Of a stretch of DNA of 64,000 nt, positions 29,517-39,163 are shown in pieces (within the stretch, counting starts at the first letter, position 1; the number at the start of each line of letters is the position of its first letter). Below the pieces are notes generated by a model. It saw only the letters and a program-made list of their open reading frames with translations, was not told where the DNA came from and searched no databases. A program made the position numbers and the translations under genes. Source of the stretch: a virus (Duplodnaviria; Caudoviricetes); the IMG/VR virus record IMGVR_UViG_3300033120_001068, positions 25,023 through 89,022 of that record; one strand, given 5' to 3'.

Positions 29517-31448
29517 ATGAAAAAAAACAATACCATACTTAGAAAGTATCAAAAAAATGACCTTCAACTAGTACTTGAAAGTCTTGAAAAAAATGATGGA
29601 GTATTATATCAATTGATGACTGGGGGAGGGAAATCAGTTATTATTTCTGAAGTTATTCAAACTTATAAAAACAAAAAAATCCTCTTCCTTGCTCATAGAA
29701 GAGAACTGCTTCTACAAATGAGGAGAAGACTTCAAGAGTCAGGATTAAAAGTTGGAGTAATGATGTCTGAAATGGAAGAAGAATTAGAAGACAATATAGT
29801 TATTGCTTCCATTCAAACTGCTACAAGAGAAAAGAGATTAAGTTCCTTATTGGAACATAAATGGGATTTAATTGTAATTGATGAAGCACATCATTTAAGA
29901 TCTCCTTCTTATGATAAATTACTTGATGCTTTAAAAAGTGAAAATGAAGGCATTAAAATCTTTGGAGTAACTGCAACTCCATACCGTTCTGATAAGAAAG
30001 AATTTACTCCTTATTTCCAAGATTTGATTACTTCCCTCCCTGCAGAAGAATTAGTTGCACAAGGATATTTAGCAGGAGTTACTACTTTTTCTATGAAATT
30101 AACAGACATAGAAACAGAAGTTGTAAGATATGAAAATGACTACCAAACATCTTCACTTTCTGAATATATGAGAAAACCAAAGTATCTCCAATACTTGGTT
30201 GATATGTATAAAGAAAAAGCAGATGGTAAGCAAATGATAGTTTTCTGTGTAGACATTAAACATGCTAAGTCAGTAATGGAAACTTATATAAACAATGGTT
30301 ATACTTCTATTGGTTATATAGATTCATCTGTAACTAATGAGGAAAGGGACTCTATTTTGTTAGCATATAGAAACAAAGAACTTGATATAATTGTCTGTAT
30401 TGAAACTTTAACCGAAGGTGTAGATTTACCAGAAACCAGTGTTGTTCAAATTGCAAGACCTACTAAATCAATTATTTTATTTTCTCAAATGGGAGGAAGG
30501 GGAACTAGGCCAAAAGAAGATGGCAGTAATTTAATACTTTTAGATTGTGGAGATTGTATGAATGAACATGGTCATCTATATTCAAAAAGGGAATGGACAC
30601 TTGATTCTTCCAAAGATCCAAATAGTTTAAGAAAAGGAAATAAGGTGGTTGCAAAAAGGAATGGTGAGTTTATAGAATTTTCAGAAGTAGAAGATGGTAG
30701 TTTTGACGAATTAGTTGAACTTTCCATGGAAGAATATTTAATGAATTTTTCTGGTTCTATTGAAAAAATGAAAGAAAAAAACAGTCAGTTAGATGATGAA
30801 ATTTCAGAAATTCTAAAAAATACACATAAAAAAATACTTGAAAAATTTCTAAAAGAACATGCTACTCTCTTTATCGAATCATCTGTATCTGAACGTTACT
30901 TTGATTTTTCTTTGAAAACAAATAAGTATAATCCCATAATTACAATAGGAAGTTATAGTAAACCTGAAGAAATACTTATAGGAGGAGTAAAAGGGACAGT
31001 TGAAGAAGTTCAGAATCAAGTTAATCTTACTCAGATTTTTACAAAAAACTTGCTTGAAATACTTAAAATTACTTCTTCTGCAAGAAAGGAAATTGCAGAA
31101 ATTAAAAGTAAGAAAGTTGATATTTATGAGTTAAAAGAAAAAGTTTTAGTTCTGAAAGAAGAAAAAAGACTTCTTGAGTTACAAGATTTACTTTCAATTA
31201 CAGATGGATCTCTGTTCTTAAAAAATGAACAGTCAATAGGACAATGGTTTTCAAATAGTTATGGTTGGGTGAATGAAATTAAGTTCAGTAGAAATAAATT
31301 GCTTTCCACAAATGATGTAACTTTTATCAAAAAAACAGAAGAGAAGTCTAAAAAAATACACCATGTTAAATTCTTGGAAAAGAAAAAAATACTTGAAATC
31401 TTTTCCACTAAATTACTAACTGAAATAAGAGAAAATTTAAATAATTAA
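29517..31448 (+). CDS. SF2 DEAD/DEAH-box helicase
   Basis: LMTGGGKS, DEAHH, TATPYR and QMGGRGTRP. Confidence 0.9.
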   Translation: MKKNNTILRKYQKNDLQLVLESLEKNDGVLYQLMTGGGKSVIISEVIQTYKNKKILFLAHRRELLLQMRRRLQESGLKVGVMMSEMEEELEDNIVIASIQTATREKRLSSLLEHKWDLIVIDEAHHLRSPSYDKLLDALKSENEGIKIFGVTATPYRSDKKEFTPYFQDLITSLPAEELVAQGYLAGVTTFSMKLTDIETEVVRYENDYQTSSLSEYMRKPKYLQYLVDMYKEKADGKQMIVFCVDIKHAKSVMETYINNGYTSIGYIDSSVTNEERDSILLAYRNKELDIIVCIETLTEGVDLPETSVVQIARPTKSIILFSQMGGRGTRPKEDGSNLILLDCGDCMNEHGHLYSKREWTLDSSKDPNSLRKGNKVVAKRNGEFIEFSEVEDGSFDELVELSMEEYLMNFSGSIEKMKEKNSQLDDEISEILKNTHKKILEKFLKEHATLFIESSVSERYFDFSLKTNKYNPIITIGSYSKPEEILIGGVKGTVEEVQNQVNLTQIFTKNLLEILKITSSARKEIAEIKSKKVDIYELKEKVLVLKEEKRLLELQDLLSITDGSLFLKNEQSIGQWFSNSYGWVNEIKFSRNKLLSTNDVTFIKKTEEKSKKIHHVKFLEKKKILEIFSTKLLTEIRENLNN

Positions 31449-31454
31449 TATATT

Positions 31455-32219
31455 ATGCCTAAAACATTAATAAGTAGTGAAAGTGCTACACATCCAATCC
31501 CTGAAGGATATAAAGAAGGAAAACTTATGATTTCTGAACTCTTCATTGATACAATACAAGGGGAAGGAAGGACAATTGGATTCCCTTGTATCTTCATAAG
31601 ATTTACAGGATGTACTTTAAATTGTAGTTGGTGTGATACCACAGAAGTATGGAGAAAAGGACTTTACTACACTTTTGAAGATTTATTTACTATGCTTGAA
31701 ATAAGTGGAACAATTGGTAAGTTGAAAACTGGTCAACACTTAATTTTAACAGGAGGTAGTCCTTTAAAACAACAAAAAAGTATAGTAGAATTTTTGATGC
31801 AATTTATTTCTAAATATGGTTTTAAACCTTTTATAGAAGTAGAAAATGAGTGTGTTTTAATGCCTTCAAGACACTTGATTTCTTTGGTTGACCAATGGAA
31901 TAATTCTCCAAAATTAGCTAATTCAAACATGAAAGTTAAAGCAAGAATGAAACCTGATATAATCTTAGCAACTGCTTTACTTCCAAACTCATGGTTTAAG
32001 TTTGTTGTTTATTGTCAAGAAGACTGGAATGAAATACTTTCTGATTTTGTTGAAACCGGACTTGTAACCATGGATCAAATAATACTTATGCCTCTTGGAA
32101 TAAATCAAGAAGAGTTAAGTAAATCAAGAGAATTCGTTGTAAATTTATGTACTGAAAATTCAGTACTTTTTTCTGATAGGTTGCATATAACAATATGGGA
32201 CAAAAAAACTGGTGTATAA
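31455..32219 (+). CDS. queE: 7-carboxy-7-deazaguanine synthase (radical SAM)
   Basis: TIQGEG, IRFTGCTLNCSWCDT (CxxxCxxC), LTGGSP and SPKL. Confidence 0.9.
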   Translation: MPKTLISSESATHPIPEGYKEGKLMISELFIDTIQGEGRTIGFPCIFIRFTGCTLNCSWCDTTEVWRKGLYYTFEDLFTMLEISGTIGKLKTGQHLILTGGSPLKQQKSIVEFLMQFISKYGFKPFIEVENECVLMPSRHLISLVDQWNNSPKLANSNMKVKARMKPDIILATALLPNSWFKFVVYCQEDWNEILSDFVETGLVTMDQIILMPLGINQEELSKSREFVVNLCTENSVLFSDRLHITIWDKKTGV

Positions 32220-32449
32220 TGAAAAACTTAGAAGTAGAATTAAAAGAATTGGTATTAGATACTGCTAATGCAACCCTTATTATTTCAGTAAATAAAGAAG
32301 GGAAATGGTATGCAACCATTGGAGATAAAGGAGCAAGAGTGGAAGAAGAGGGTTTAAAACAACTTGTCCCTTCAATAATTTCTTATTTAAAAGAAAATAG
32401 AAAAGTTAAAGAACCTACAAAAAGATCACTTAAAAACTTTACATTGTAA
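32219..32449 (+). CDS. Hypothetical protein inside the que cluster
   Basis: Likely ATG at 32219, overlapping the queE stop. Confidence 0.5.
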   Translation: MKNLEVELKELVLDTANATLIISVNKEGKWYATIGDKGARVEEEGLKQLVPSIISYLKENRKVKEPTKRSLKNFTL

Positions 32450-32452
32450 CGT

Positions 32453-32902
32453 ATGTATGAATCAACTAAATTTTTTAAAGGGTACTCATGTGCTATCAGA
32501 CAATGGAGAGCAAGTCATTCTCATTGCCAATTGGTGCATGGATATTCTTTTTATTTTCAAATAACTTTTTCTCCTATAAATGGAAAGTTAGACGAAATGA
32601 ATTGGGTTCAGGATTTTGGTTCTTTTAAAAGAAATGGTCTTAAAGAATGGTTAGATGAAATGTTTGACCACACCACTTTAATTGAAAAAGATGACCCTTA
32701 CCTTGAATGGTTTCAATGGGCAGATTCTGAAAAGATTTTAAAGTTAGTTATACTTGACCAGATGGGTGCAGAATCAGTAGCTAAACTTGTTTTTGATAAG
32801 TTCAATGAAAGACTTAGTTTAATTGAGGGAGGAAGAGTTGAAGTTGTCAAAGTAGAATGTTTTGAAAATGAAAATAATTCAGGAATTTATAAAAAACAGT
32901 GA
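32453..32902 (+). CDS. queD: 6-carboxy-5,6,7,8-tetrahydropterin synthase
   Basis: HSHCQLVHGYSF, DFG, FDHTTL, AES and ENENNSGIY. Confidence 0.9.
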   Translation: MYESTKFFKGYSCAIRQWRASHSHCQLVHGYSFYFQITFSPINGKLDEMNWVQDFGSFKRNGLKEWLDEMFDHTTLIEKDDPYLEWFQWADSEKILKLVILDQMGAESVAKLVFDKFNERLSLIEGGRVEVVKVECFENENNSGIYKKQ

Positions 32903-33253
32903 ATGAAAAAAGAAGAACAAATAAGTAGACTTAATCAATTGGATAAAGATACAATTGAGTTGATAAAAACTAAATCTGAGGATTATGCAAAGGATATAGA
33001 TGTTCTTTCAAACTTCAAAATAGTTTCAAAACTGATTGAGTTAATTGGAGTTGATGTCACCAAACCAGAAGGGTATGCAATGTTAATGGTACTTTTAAAA
33101 ATAGTAAGAATTTGGAACTTAAAATCAGCAAATAAAATTCCAAACAATGAGTCACTTTTAGATTCTTATAAAGATCTAATAAATTATGCTAAATTATCAT
33201 TACTTAACGAAATAGAATCTAATAAAAATGTCACTACAGAAAACAAAAACTAA
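32903..33253 (+). CDS. Nucleotide-modification-associated domain protein (DUF1599/Nmad1-like)
   Basis: K..DY....NF...LKIVRI.NL...NESLLDSYKDLINYA. Confidence 0.7.
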   Translation: MKKEEQISRLNQLDKDTIELIKTKSEDYAKDIDVLSNFKIVSKLIELIGVDVTKPEGYAMLMVLLKIVRIWNLKSANKIPNNESLLDSYKDLINYAKLSLLNEIESNKNVTTENKN

Positions 33254-33899
33254 TCCTGAATTAGGGAAAAAAGTTGAAAAATACTTAAAAGAAAAAGGAG
33301 TCCAAACTCCCATGTCCAATTTTGAAATCTTGGATGAAGAAAAAAAAGAAATAATAGAAGACAGTTTTAGAAAGATAATGCAAGTTTTAGGACTTGATTT
33401 ATCAGATGATTCTTTAGAAGACAGTCCTAAAAGAGTTTCAAAAATGTATGTAGATGAAATATTTTGGGGATTAAATCCTTCAAACTTTCCTAAATGTACT
33501 GCAATTGACAACAAGATGAATGTAGATGAGATGGTCATAGAAAGAAACATAAATGTCCAAAGCAACTGCGAACACCATTTTGTTATAATAGATGGCACTT
33601 GTGATGTAGCATATATCCCAAAAAACAAAGTTTTAGGATTATCAAAAATGAATAGGATAGTTGAATATTTTTCAAAAAGGCCTCAAGTTCAAGAAAGACT
33701 TACAAGTCAAATTTTTCATACCTTATGTTTCATTTTGGAAACAGAAGACGTAGCAGTTAGAATAAAGGCTCAGCACTTTTGTGTTAAGTCAAGAGGAGTT
33801 GAGGATACTGGTTCAGACACAGTCACTTCAAAGTTGGGAGGTTCTTTTAAAAATGAGCCTGAATGTAGATCTGAATTTTTCTCACTTCTTAACAAATAA
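33228..33899 (+). CDS. folE: GTP cyclohydrolase I
   Basis: SPKRVSKMY, CEHH, GLSKMNR, RPQVQERLT and HFCVKSRG. Confidence 0.95.
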   Translation: MSLQKTKTNPELGKKVEKYLKEKGVQTPMSNFEILDEEKKEIIEDSFRKIMQVLGLDLSDDSLEDSPKRVSKMYVDEIFWGLNPSNFPKCTAIDNKMNVDEMVIERNINVQSNCEHHFVIIDGTCDVAYIPKNKVLGLSKMNRIVEYFSKRPQVQERLTSQIFHTLCFILETEDVAVRIKAQHFCVKSRGVEDTGSDTVTSKLGGSFKNEPECRSEFFSLLNK

Positions 33900-33901
33900 G
33901 A

Positions 33902-34321
33902 ATGCCAAAAGTAACTCATGTTAAAAGTTGCAATAAAACTATTTTTTTTATCAATTCAAAAGGAGAAGAAAAAGTTTTAGTTGAAAAAGGGAAAGAATAT
34001 TGGTGGTGGAAATTTAGAAATTTTCCAAGACAAGTTTCTTCAACAAAACCTAAACCAAGAGATGTAAGACATCCTAATAAATCTACTTGGGATCTTGATA
34101 TTCAAAAGTACCAAGAAGAAGTCAATGATTTAGAAGAATGTCTTGATTTAGAACTTATTGAGAACTTGATTTCTGAATTAGAAGAACAAGTTGAAACTAT
34201 GCAAGATTCTTTATCTAATATGCCTGAGCAATTACAAGAATCAAGTATTCTTAATGAAAGAATAGAAGAACTGCAAGAATTTATTTCCACTTTGGAAGGA
34301 ATTGATTTAGAAGAAAGATAA
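33902..34321 (+). CDS. Hypothetical protein with an acidic coiled-coil C-terminus
   Basis: Intact ORF; SLSNMPEQLQES motif. Confidence 0.55.
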   Translation: MPKVTHVKSCNKTIFFINSKGEEKVLVEKGKEYWWWKFRNFPRQVSSTKPKPRDVRHPNKSTWDLDIQKYQEEVNDLEECLDLELIENLISELEEQVETMQDSLSNMPEQLQESSILNERIEELQEFISTLEGIDLEER

Positions 34322-34328
34322 ATTAAAA

Positions 34329-34613
34329 ATGGAAACTACCGTTGACGAATACCAAAATAAAGTGACCTTAGTAAAGAAATATGTAAAAGGCCAAGAAGAT
34401 TTATATTTATTAGCCAAACTTACTGAGGAAGCAGGCGAGGTTGCAAAAGAAATAAGAAGGAAAGTAGAAGGAATAGATACTTGTAAAGATCTTACAAGTG
34501 AGTTGGGAGATTTACTTTGGTGTATCACTGCAATAGCAGAAAGAAATGACATTGCAATGAGCAAAGTTATTGAAGCTAACCTTGAAAAATTAAAACAAAG
34601 AGGCTTATTATGA
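34329..34613 (+). CDS. mazG: MazG-like nucleoside triphosphate pyrophosphohydrolase
   Basis: KLTEEAGEVAKEIR...ELGDLLW. Confidence 0.85.
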   Translation: METTVDEYQNKVTLVKKYVKGQEDLYLLAKLTEEAGEVAKEIRRKVEGIDTCKDLTSELGDLLWCITAIAERNDIAMSKVIEANLEKLKQRGLL

Positions 34614-35428
34614 AAATAGCTCATGAATCACCAACTTCTATTTTTAAAGAAGTTCAGAAACTTACAGACTATGACTATTGTTTAGTTCACCTTTTAGAAG
34701 AAGATTCAAATTATTTAGAAAATTTTCTGTCTTCAAAAAAAGAAGGAAGGGAAATAATTTTAGATAATTCAATTTTTGAATTAGGAGTAGCATTTGATTC
34801 CAAAAGTTTTTCTAAATGGGTTGAAAAATTAAGACCTGACTGGTATATTGTTCCAGATGTTTTAGAAAATTGTTATTCAACTGTCTTGAATTATCATAGT
34901 TTTATAAGAGAATATCCTGATTTGCCAGGCAAGAAAATAGGAGTTTTACAAGGGAAGACTTATGAACAACTTTTATATTGCTATGTTAATCTGGTTGATC
35001 TTGGAGTTGATAAGATAGCAATTTCTTTTGACTACTCTTATTATGTTGATTTATATCCCAATGAAAACAAGTTAGTTTCTTGGTGTGAAGGTAGAAAGAT
35101 GTTCATTGATAAAATAATAGAAGATGTAAGATTTGACTCCTCCATTCCAATACATTTATTAGGATGCTCACTACCTCAAGAATTTAATCATTATAGAAAT
35201 AATGAAATTATTGAAAGTATGGATTCTTCTAATCCAGTAGTTTGTGGTTTATATGGAATAGAATATAATGGTTTGCAAGGATTACAAGAAAAGCCTTCTA
35301 AAAAACTTTTTGAATTGATTAGAGAAAAAGTAAATGAGGATTCTCTAAGTAAAGTAATAAAAAACATATTGACTTTTAAAAAAATAGTAAATGGGAAAAC
35401 TAATATCAATCTCAGGAACTCATTGTAG
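34610..35428 (+). CDS. dpdA: TGT/DpdA-like guanine transglycosylase
   Basis: ILDNS, VPDV, GVLQG, IAISF, IHLLG and SMDSS mirror the TGT barrel motifs; located among que genes. Confidence 0.7.
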   Translation: MKIAHESPTSIFKEVQKLTDYDYCLVHLLEEDSNYLENFLSSKKEGREIILDNSIFELGVAFDSKSFSKWVEKLRPDWYIVPDVLENCYSTVLNYHSFIREYPDLPGKKIGVLQGKTYEQLLYCYVNLVDLGVDKIAISFDYSYYVDLYPNENKLVSWCEGRKMFIDKIIEDVRFDSSIPIHLLGCSLPQEFNHYRNNEIIESMDSSNPVVCGLYGIEYNGLQGLQEKPSKKLFELIREKVNEDSLSKVIKNILTFKKIVNGKTNINLRNSL

Positions 35429-35978
35429 TGGAAAAACTACTTTATTAAAAGAACTTGAAACTTCATATTCTGTAAATAGAAAAGATGAAGATTTTAAAGT
35501 TTTATTTGTTGACTCAGTAACAAGGAGTTTGAAGAAAAAAGGGTATCCAATCAATAATGAGGAAAGTTCTAATTATGATGGTACTCAAATTGCTTGTCTT
35601 AAACAAGATTTAAGAAATATTCAAACTGCCTTTTTACTTGATGGAACCTATATTTTTGATAGAAGTTTACTTGATACTTTTGTTTATACAACTTATCTGT
35701 TTAGGCAAAAGAAAGTTTCAACTGAGGCTTATGAAGAAATTAAGTCCAGGTGGGAAGGAAATAAAAATTCTTTTGATGTAATCTTTCTTTTAAACCATAC
35801 AGAAATCCCTTTTGATAATGATGGAGTCAGAAGTCCTAATTTACTTTTTAGAGAAGAAATTGCATTGATTTTTAAAGAAATTTTAGGAGAAAGCAACATA
35901 GTTCTTGAAATAGTTTCAGGAAGTAAAGAAATTAGATTATTAACAGTAATTAAAAAGATATGGAAAATAAATCAATAA
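35391..35978 (+). CDS. P-loop (deoxy)nucleotide monophosphate kinase-like protein
   Basis: ISGTHCSGKTT, FDRSLLD and DGVR. Confidence 0.75.
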   Translation: MGKLISISGTHCSGKTTLLKELETSYSVNRKDEDFKVLFVDSVTRSLKKKGYPINNEESSNYDGTQIACLKQDLRNIQTAFLLDGTYIFDRSLLDTFVYTTYLFRQKKVSTEAYEEIKSRWEGNKNSFDVIFLLNHTEIPFDNDGVRSPNLLFREEIALIFKEILGESNIVLEIVSGSKEIRLLTVIKKIWKINQ

Positions 35979-36907
35979 ATGACTTTGCATCTAAGTCACT
36001 TGGTAGTGAGAATAGTTATGCAATATACAGTGAGAAGTATGACCCTTCCTTACTTGTAAAAATGCCAAGATATTTGGCAAGGCAGGAAATAAAAGTTTCC
36101 AATTCTCCTTTTGGAGTTGATGTTTGGCATGGTTATGAATGTACTTTTTTATTGAATAATGGTTTACCAATTTCAGGAATTCTAAAATTTGTCTATCCTT
36201 CAAGTAGTTTTTTTATGGTTGAGTCAAAATCTATGAAACTTTACTTGAATACTTTTGATATGTGTAAATTAGGAGAAGAGGAAGTTGAAGCAGTAGAAAA
36301 TTATCTGCACCTTGTGGGGAGTCACTTAAGTGAATGTCTTGAAATTCTCCCTTCTTCTCTAATTTTAAGTTTCCATTCTGACTCTAATTTTATTTTGCCT
36401 AAACTTGATCTTAATTCTTTAATCAACTTAGAGTCTCTTGTTTCTAAAGATGATAAGTTTAATTATAGTGAACTTGTTGAAATAAATAATCACATTAAAA
36501 CTCTTGAGATTAAAGAAGTAGAAGAAAGAACAAAAAATTGGACTTTTTATAAAACTAACATTCTAAGATCAAGATGTAGACACACTAAACAAAAAGACAC
36601 AGGATATGGTTTCTTCTTTATAAAAACTTCTATTGATGTTACCATAGATCCATTATCTTTATTGAAGCAAGTATTAGCATTAAGAGAAACAAATGAGTTT
36701 CATGAATTTTGCAGTGAAAAGTTATATACTGCAATAAAAGAGACAGAAGGAGTTGAGGAATGTTGTGTGGTATTAATGTATGTAAGAAGGGGAGGCTTGG
36801 ATATTAATCCTATCAGATCTTCTTTACCTTTTAAAGACATCCCTCACCATTTACCTGAATATTTAAGTCTTGGTAAATTTTTATTTGAAAGAACTTTTAT
36901 TCAATAA
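35960..36907 (+). CDS. queF: NADPH-dependent preQ0 reductase, bimodular (type II)
   Basis: DVWHGYE, VESKSMKLYLN, LRSRC...QKD, EFHEFC and YVRRGGLDINPIRS. Confidence 0.85.
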   Translation: MENKSINDFASKSLGSENSYAIYSEKYDPSLLVKMPRYLARQEIKVSNSPFGVDVWHGYECTFLLNNGLPISGILKFVYPSSSFFMVESKSMKLYLNTFDMCKLGEEEVEAVENYLHLVGSHLSECLEILPSSLILSFHSDSNFILPKLDLNSLINLESLVSKDDKFNYSELVEINNHIKTLEIKEVEERTKNWTFYKTNILRSRCRHTKQKDTGYGFFFIKTSIDVTIDPLSLLKQVLALRETNEFHEFCSEKLYTAIKETEGVEECCVVLMYVRRGGLDINPIRSSLPFKDIPHHLPEYLSLGKFLFERTFIQ

Positions 36908-36914
36908 ACAATTA

Positions 36915-36988
36915 TTTTATTTAAAATGCTTTTATTTAAATAAACTTTCATTATATTTATGCTATCAACTCAAACAAAAACACAAACC
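36915..36988 (+). promoter_or_regulatory. Phage promoter repeat copy
   Basis: TTTTATTTAAAATGCTTTTATTTAAATAAACTTTCATTATATTTATGCTATCAACTCAAAC. Confidence 0.8.
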
Positions 36989-37411
36989 ATGGAATCACTT
37001 GAAATTAAGTCAGTTGTAGAAATGCAAATCATCATGGAAATGAGGCAGCATTTTACAGATGAAGACAGCATCAAAATCTTCAATTCTTTATGTCTAAGTC
37101 AAACTCATTTTCCAAACATATCTTTAGAAGAACTTTGGAAGAAAGAAAAATTGTTCTATTTAATTCACAAAGAATCTTCTATTCAATGCATAAGAATGGG
37201 GTTAAATATTTCAGGGTTATTTAGGGAAGACATCTTCCAGTCTTTTGAGAAAATTAAAAAAAGCATTTTATCTTCAAAAAATACTGAGCATTTAAAATCA
37301 TGCAAGGAACTTCTTGTTCTTTTCAATGATAAATTTAGTTCTCATAAAGCCATTTCTACTTTTAATCTTGAGTTGGATTTTTTATGGAATACAACTTACT
37401 ATAACCTATAA
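36989..37411 (+). CDS. Hypothetical protein inserted between queF and queC
   Basis: Likely ATG at 36989, just after the promoter repeat. Confidence 0.55.
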   Translation: MESLEIKSVVEMQIIMEMRQHFTDEDSIKIFNSLCLSQTHFPNISLEELWKKEKLFYLIHKESSIQCIRMGLNISGLFREDIFQSFEKIKKSILSSKNTEHLKSCKELLVLFNDKFSSHKAISTFNLELDFLWNTTYYNL

Positions 37412-37420
37412 ATCATAAAT

Positions 37421-38224
37421 ATGAAAAAAGCAATTCTTGCACTATCAGGAGGAATGGATTCAACCTGCCTTTTACTAAGATTACTTAGAGAGAATTTTGA
37501 AGTAACTTGTATTCTTTTTGACTATGGTCAAAAGCATAAAGTTGAATTGGAAAGGGCTCTTAGAAATATAAACCATTTGAAAAAAAATGAACTTCCTGTC
37601 TCTTATCATAAAGTAGATTTAAGTTTCATGTCTGACTTTGGTTCATCTTTGACTTCTTCTTCATGTAAAGTTCCAGAAGGGCATTATAGTGAAGATAACA
37701 TGAAAAGCACAGTTGTCCCTAACAGGAATGCTATTTTTTCTTCCATAATATATGGATATGCACTTTCTTTATCAAACTCATGTAATAATGAGGAAGTAGT
37801 AATCTCACTAGGTATTCATTCAGGAGACCATGCTATTTATCCTGATTGTAGACCAGAATTTAGAGATTCACTTGAAAAAGCATTTAAACTAGGAAATTGG
37901 GGAGGAGATAAAGTTTCATACTACACTCCATTTATTGATTTTGACAAAACAATGATTTTAAGGAGTGCTATGGACTCATGTGAGTATTTAGGCCTTTCAT
38001 TTGATTTTATCTTAGGAAATACTTTAACTTCCTATAATCCTGATTCTCTTGGTCGTTCATCTGGAAAATCTGGTTCTGATATTGAAAGAATTGAAGCATT
38101 TATGAACATTTCTAGAATAGACCCAATCCAATACCAAGAACCTTGGGAGGCAGTAAAGAAACATGCTCTTAAAATTTTAAATAAATTTAAAGATGAGGGA
38201 AATACCAATAAGTCAGGAAATTAG
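37421..38224 (+). CDS. queC: 7-cyano-7-deazaguanine synthase
   Basis: ALSGGMDS, YGQKH, VPNRN and YPDCR. Confidence 0.92.
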   Translation: MKKAILALSGGMDSTCLLLRLLRENFEVTCILFDYGQKHKVELERALRNINHLKKNELPVSYHKVDLSFMSDFGSSLTSSSCKVPEGHYSEDNMKSTVVPNRNAIFSSIIYGYALSLSNSCNNEEVVISLGIHSGDHAIYPDCRPEFRDSLEKAFKLGNWGGDKVSYYTPFIDFDKTMILRSAMDSCEYLGLSFDFILGNTLTSYNPDSLGRSSGKSGSDIERIEAFMNISRIDPIQYQEPWEAVKKHALKILNKFKDEGNTNKSGN

Positions 38225-39155
38225 TCAATGTACAACTCTTAAAAAAAGTTATGAGTTGTGTTCTGAGATTCAGAAAATGGTATTAACTTTACTTAAAGTA
38301 GATAGAAGGACAATTCCAAGAGAAGAACTCTCAAAGTTTAAAGGAAGATTAAGTCTTTATTCAAAACTTTATAATCAGGCTTATGATAAATATTTCTTGT
38401 TAAGACTAACTTGTCTTGAAGAAAAACCTTATGTAAAAGTACCAGAAGAATTTTCTGAACTTATAAAAGAATATAACTGGAAAAAAATAACTGGTAATTG
38501 TCTACCACTTAAAAAAACAAATTATTTAAAAACAGAATTAAACATTGAAAAAATTATGGCACAAAAATCTTTTTTTTATCGAAATGACCCACAAGTAGTT
38601 GTGGACACACAAAGTTTAGACCTTGAAGTATTTTTAGAAAAATATTCAAGTCAAACAAAACAAGAAGTTTTAGAAAAAGTTTGGAAAGAAAACCAAAAAA
38701 CTATTGAACAAAAAGTTAAAGATAGAGTTGGTGTTGAAAAAGAAACTGAGCCTTTGGTTGCAATTGCAGGGAAAGGAAAAACTTCTAAAAAGAAGGAAAC
38801 AACCACAGTTGATGGAGTTAAAATAATTGCAGGGAAAACAGTTTATGAGGCTCCTGAAAGTGAAATAAAACAAGCCTTCAAGGAAATTGAAAAGCCTAAG
38901 TCAACTCAGAAAGAAGTTGAAAAGTCTGAATCTGAACCAACTAAAAAATTGGAAGAAGAAGTTGTTGAAGACTCAAAACTAATTAAATTCAAAACCCTTT
39001 CAACTGAGGAAAGAAAGAAAATAATTCAAGAATTTTTGGATGCAGGAGTAATCTCAGTTGCAAAAATGAGAAAGAGTTTAATTTCAAAAAACTACCTTGT
39101 TAGTTATGATGATATTTATTCTCCTTATGAGGCAATGAAAAAAGTTTCTAAATAG
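38193..39155 (+). CDS. Hypothetical protein
   Basis: Intact ORF, Lys/Glu-rich C-terminal half. Confidence 0.55.
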   Translation: MREIPISQEISQCTTLKKSYELCSEIQKMVLTLLKVDRRTIPREELSKFKGRLSLYSKLYNQAYDKYFLLRLTCLEEKPYVKVPEEFSELIKEYNWKKITGNCLPLKKTNYLKTELNIEKIMAQKSFFYRNDPQVVVDTQSLDLEVFLEKYSSQTKQEVLEKVWKENQKTIEQKVKDRVGVEKETEPLVAIAGKGKTSKKKETTTVDGVKIIAGKTVYEAPESEIKQAFKEIEKPKSTQKEVEKSESEPTKKLEEEVVEDSKLIKFKTLSTEERKKIIQEFLDAGVISVAKMRKSLISKNYLVSYDDIYSPYEAMKKVSK

Positions 39156-39163
39156 CATTAACT

